Of a stretch of 64,000 nt of DNA, positions 61,295 to 64,000 are shown in pieces; position 1 is the stretch's first letter, and each line of letters begins with the position of its first letter. The DNA is from Limnochordales bacterium (lineage in GTDB: Bacteria; Bacillota; Limnochordia; Limnochordales; ZCTH02-B6). Below the pieces are notes generated by a model. It worked only from the letters and a program-made list of their open reading frames with translations, was not told the origin of the DNA and did no database searches. The position numbers and the translations under genes were made by a program. The stretch spans positions 10,589-74,588 of the forward strand of contig DATGPV010000032.1 of NCBI GenBank assembly GCA_035304545.1, read 5' to 3'.

Positions 61295-62223
61295 AGGCAA
61301 TGACGGAGGGGCGCGCCCGGCGGGGGCGCGCCCTTTCCCTGGGCGCGGGCGAGGCCATCCGGGGGTATCTGTTTATCCTGCCGGCCGTGGTCCTGCTCGG
61401 GATCTTCGTGTACAGGCCGCTCCTGGAAACCCTTCGCCTGTCCTTTTATGAGTGGAACATGGTCAGCCCCACCCAAACCTACGTGGGGTGGAGCAACTAT
61501 AGGGAGATGCTGGAAAGCCCGGGCGTGCGCCGGGCCATCAGCAACACCGCCGCGTACGCCCTTTGGCTGGGGGCCTTGGTGCTGGTGCTGCCCACCATCG
61601 CGACGGTGGCCCTCACCTACATGCGCACCTTCTGGCGGCGGGCGTTCCGGGTGGTGCTGTTTTTGCCCAACATTATCTCCCTGGCCACCGCCGGCGTCAT
61701 CTGGCTCTGGATCTACAATCCCATCGGCGGGTTTCTGGCCACGGTGTGGGACGCCCTGGGGAAGTTTCCCGTCAACTGGCTCTCCAACCCCAACACGGCC
61801 CTGGGCGCCATCGCGGTGATCGTCGCGTGGAAGGCCTTTGGCTACAACTTCCTGCTGTTGACCGCCGGCCTGGCCGGCGTGCCCCAGGAGGTCGTGGAAG
61901 CGGCGCGGGTGGACGGGGCCGAAGGCTGGGTGCTGTGGCGCCACATCCTCCTGCCCATGCTGGGGCCTACGATCGTCTTTGTCCTGTCCGCGACGTTGGT
62001 CATGGCGGCCGAGTACGTCTTCACGCCCATTCACATGCTCACCGAAGGCGGCCCCATCAACTCCACGACCAACGTGGTGTTTGAGATTTGGCGGCAGGCC
62101 TTCCGATGGTTCCGGGTCGGCTATTCCTCGGCCATCGCGATTTGCGTGTTCCTATTGTTCCTGGTCATTACCACGGTGCAGATGCTGGTGTCGGAGCGGG
62201 TGGTTTCCTATGAGGAACGCTGA
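61291..62223 (+). CDS. Carbohydrate ABC transporter permease (UgpA/MalF-like)
   Basis: 310 aa, 6 TM, with the EAA loop EVVEAARVDGAEGWVLWRHILLPML. The GTG overlaps the binding-protein stop (GTGA). Confidence 0.9.
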   Translation: MKAMTEGRARRGRALSLGAGEAIRGYLFILPAVVLLGIFVYRPLLETLRLSFYEWNMVSPTQTYVGWSNYREMLESPGVRRAISNTAAYALWLGALVLVLPTIATVALTYMRTFWRRAFRVVLFLPNIISLATAGVIWLWIYNPIGGFLATVWDALGKFPVNWLSNPNTALGAIAVIVAWKAFGYNFLLLTAGLAGVPQEVVEAARVDGAEGWVLWRHILLPMLGPTIVFVLSATLVMAAEYVFTPIHMLTEGGPINSTTNVVFEIWRQAFRWFRVGYSSAIAICVFLLFLVITTVQMLVSERVVSYEER

Positions 62224-63073
62224 GCCGGTGCAGGAAGGCTGGTCCCTGGAAACCGGGCCCCTTTCCCGGGCGGCGTGGTTCGTCTTTCTCTTGGTGCTGG
62301 CGCTGCTGGCGCTGTTTCCGCTGTGGTGGATGTTCACCACCGCGCTGAAACCGGCGTCGCAGATCTTCGCGGGCGACTTGTCGCTGTTTCCCCGGGGGGC
62401 CACGCTGGACCACTTCCGCCGCCTGATGGGCACCTTCAATTTGGCCCGCATCATGGGCAACACCTTGGTCGTGGCCGCGGTCACCACCGGGTTCCAGCTG
62501 ATCACGAGCCTGCTGGCAGCGTACGGATTCGCCCGCTACCGGTTTCCCCTGCGGGAGCCCCTGTTTTACCTGTGCCTGGGGACCATGTTCATCCCCATCC
62601 AGGTCATCATGGTGTCCAACTACCTGCTGGTGTCCGACTGGGGCCTGCTTAACACCTACGCGGCGGCCATCCTGCCCCAGGCCGCCAGCGCCTTTGGCGT
62701 GTTTTTCCTGCGGCAGCAGCTGCGCCTGTTTCCCCAGAGCTTGCTGGACGCGGCCCGCATCGACGGCGCGGGCGAGCTGACGGTGCTTTTCCGCATCGTG
62801 CTGCCCACCATCCGCCCCTTCATCACCGCCTTGGGCATCCTGTTTTTCATCAATGCGTGGAACCAGTACGTCTGGCCCGTGCTGGTGCTGACGGACCCGG
62901 ACATGATGACGCTGCCCATCGCCCTGCGGGAGTTCATGCACTCGGAGGCCGGCCATGATTGGGGCCTGATGATGGCCGCCTCCACCATGGGCGTGCTGCC
63001 GGCGCTGATCGCGTTCCTGCTGGCCCAGCGCATGATCATGAGCACCTTTGCCAGCACGGGCCTCAAAGGCTGA
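62210..63073 (+). CDS. Carbohydrate ABC transporter permease (UgpE/MalG-like)
   Basis: MRNAEPVQEG...LFPLWWMFTTALKP..., with the EAA loop LLDAARIDGAGELTVLFRIVLPTIRP. It overlaps the upstream permease by 14 nt. No ATPase gene is in the cluster. Confidence 0.9.
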   Translation: MRNAEPVQEGWSLETGPLSRAAWFVFLLVLALLALFPLWWMFTTALKPASQIFAGDLSLFPRGATLDHFRRLMGTFNLARIMGNTLVVAAVTTGFQLITSLLAAYGFARYRFPLREPLFYLCLGTMFIPIQVIMVSNYLLVSDWGLLNTYAAAILPQAASAFGVFFLRQQLRLFPQSLLDAARIDGAGELTVLFRIVLPTIRPFITALGILFFINAWNQYVWPVLVLTDPDMMTLPIALREFMHSEAGHDWGLMMAASTMGVLPALIAFLLAQRMIMSTFASTGLKG

Positions 63074-63133
63074 CCGGGGCCCCGGAACGTGCGCCCATCG
63101 GGCACGGTCCAGGAGCCCCGGTCCTGGCGGGTG

Positions 63134-63220
63134 TGGCGGAAGGGGTGGGATTCGAACCCACGGGGCTCGTCACCCTGCGGTTTTCAAGACCGCTGCCTTC
63201 GGCCGCTCGGCCACCCTTCC
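63134..63220 (-). tRNA. tRNA-Ser (anticodon UGA), long variable arm, CCA encoded
   Basis: Minus strand: GGAAGGGTGGCCGAGCGGCCGAAGGCAGCGGTCTTGAAAACCGCAGGGTGACGAGCCCCGTGGGTTCGAATCCCACCCCTTCCGCCA. The anticodon loop is CTTGAAA. Confidence 0.95.
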
Positions 63221-63228
63221 GTGCCGTC

Positions 63229-63258
63229 ATTGTACCGCGGGCCGGCTTCCCCTGTCTA
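63229..63258 (-). promoter_or_regulatory. Promoter-like TAGACA-18 nt-TACAAT upstream of tRNA-Ser
   Basis: Minus strand: -35 at 63258-63253 and -10 at 63234-63229, 8 nt before the tRNA 5' end. Confidence 0.4.
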
Positions 63259-63416
63259 CCGGCACCCCATCTCCACCTGCCTCCTCCACCCGCGTCCGGG
63301 AATCGGCGCCGCCCCCCCGGGGCAATGCTAGCGTTGACCATTCCAGGCGGCCGCGGCGGGAGGCAGCCTCCGGAGGCACGGGCCGGGGGGCGGCGCGGTC
63401 CACGGCGGGGGCAGGC

Positions 63417-64000
63417 ATGGACGGGCGGCGGGTGGCGCACATCGCGATCTTGGGCGCGGTGCCGTTTATCATGGTGCTGGGCAACTCCATGCTCATCCCG
63501 GTGTTCCCCCAGCTCCAGCAGGCCATGGAGTTGACCCAGTTCCAGGTGGGCCTGCTCATTACCCTGTTTTCGGCCCCGGCGGCCCTGGTCATCCCCTTTG
63601 CCGGCATTATCTCGGACCACATTGGCCGCCGCCCGGTCATCGCCCTGGCCCTGTTGGTGTACGGCGCCGGGGGCCTCATCGCAGGCGGGGCCGCGGTGCT
63701 GCTGCGGGATCCTTACGCGGTCATTCTCCTGGGCCGCGTCGTGCAAGGCATCGGTGCGGGCGGCACGTATCTGTTGGCGGTGGCCCTGGCGGGGGACCTC
63801 TTTCAGGGCGCGGGCCGCACCCGCGTGTTGGGCATCCTGGAGGCGGCCAACGGCGCGGGCAAGGTGGCCAGCCCCATCCTGGGCGCCGCGGTGGCCCTGG
63901 CAGCCTGGTGGGCGCCCTTCTTCGTCTACGGCGTGCTGGCCATTCCGGCGGCGCTCCTGGTATGGTTTTTCGTCGAGGAGCCCGCGGTGCCCGAGGCCCG
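63417..64000 (+). CDS. MFS transporter (5' part; runs off the window edge)
   Basis: MDGRRVAHIAILGAVPFIMVLGNSMLIPVFPQLQQAMELTQFQVGLLITLFSAPAALVIPFAGIISDHIGRRPVI...GRVVQGIGAGG. It is open to position 64000, so it is absent from the ORF track. Confidence 0.75.
   Translation, partial: MDGRRVAHIAILGAVPFIMVLGNSMLIPVFPQLQQAMELTQFQVGLLITLFSAPAALVIPFAGIISDHIGRRPVIALALLVYGAGGLIAGGAAVLLRDPYAVILLGRVVQGIGAGGTYLLAVALAGDLFQGAGRTRVLGILEAANGAGKVASPILGAAVALAAWWAPFFVYGVLAIPAALLVWFFVEEPAVPEA

Overview
Very GC-rich chromosomal segment (third codon positions are almost all G/C, which fills both strands with long spurious ORFs). It spans the replication-origin region of a Firmicutes-type, probably spore-forming bacterium. 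The gene order is Bacillus/Clostridia-like; an organism guess (Symbiobacterium, Thermaerobacter or Limnochordia-like) is inference only.

Core layout:
- Minus strand, 24.3-32.1 kb: yyaC, a MinD/ParA-like ATPase, parB(spo0J), parA(soj), noc, rsmG, jag, yidC, yidD, rnpA, rpmH.
- 32.24-32.51 kb: a cluster of six DnaA boxes (oriC).
- Plus strand, 32.7-42.6 kb: dnaA, dnaN, recF, gyrB, gyrA, then a free-standing tRNA-Ile(GAU)/tRNA-Ala(UGC) pair.
- Left flank: rpsF, a DUF951 gene, a liv branched-chain amino-acid ABC operon, a GntR/M24-peptidase/ThrC-like operon, rpsD, a large membrane protein, a Cys-rich protein, pheA, gcvT-H-PA-PB, an aldehyde dehydrogenase, sucCD, ilvE and an EndoIII-like gene.
- Right flank: a rhodanese plus ArsR-type regulator, DUF4363/DUF421/DUF420 genes, gdh, a GltD-like oxidoreductase, an HD-GYP protein, a YlbF-like gene, trpB2, glyA, an MFS transporter, serS, a GntR/TIGR00725/sugar-ABC cluster, tRNA-Ser(UGA) and a partial MFS gene.

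I see no defence island, CRISPR array, transposon or prophage. The most unusual items are:
1. A 343-codon Hint-type intein (Ser1 ... HN/Thr+1) that splits the Toprim IIM|TDADVDG motif of GyrB and carries only a decayed LAGLIDADG relic.
2. A segregation cluster with two perfect palindromic parS sites 38 bp apart, an exact 16-bp Noc-binding palindrome, and an extra MinD/FlhG-like ATPase fused to a PilZ-like barrel, inserted between yyaC and parB.
3. A liv operon with two lesions: an in-frame TGA in livM and a decapitated binding-protein gene.
4. ITS-type tRNA-Ile/tRNA-Ala with no rRNA genes at the position where Bacillus has rrnO.

All calls come from reading the sequence and from remembered family motifs. 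No searches were run.
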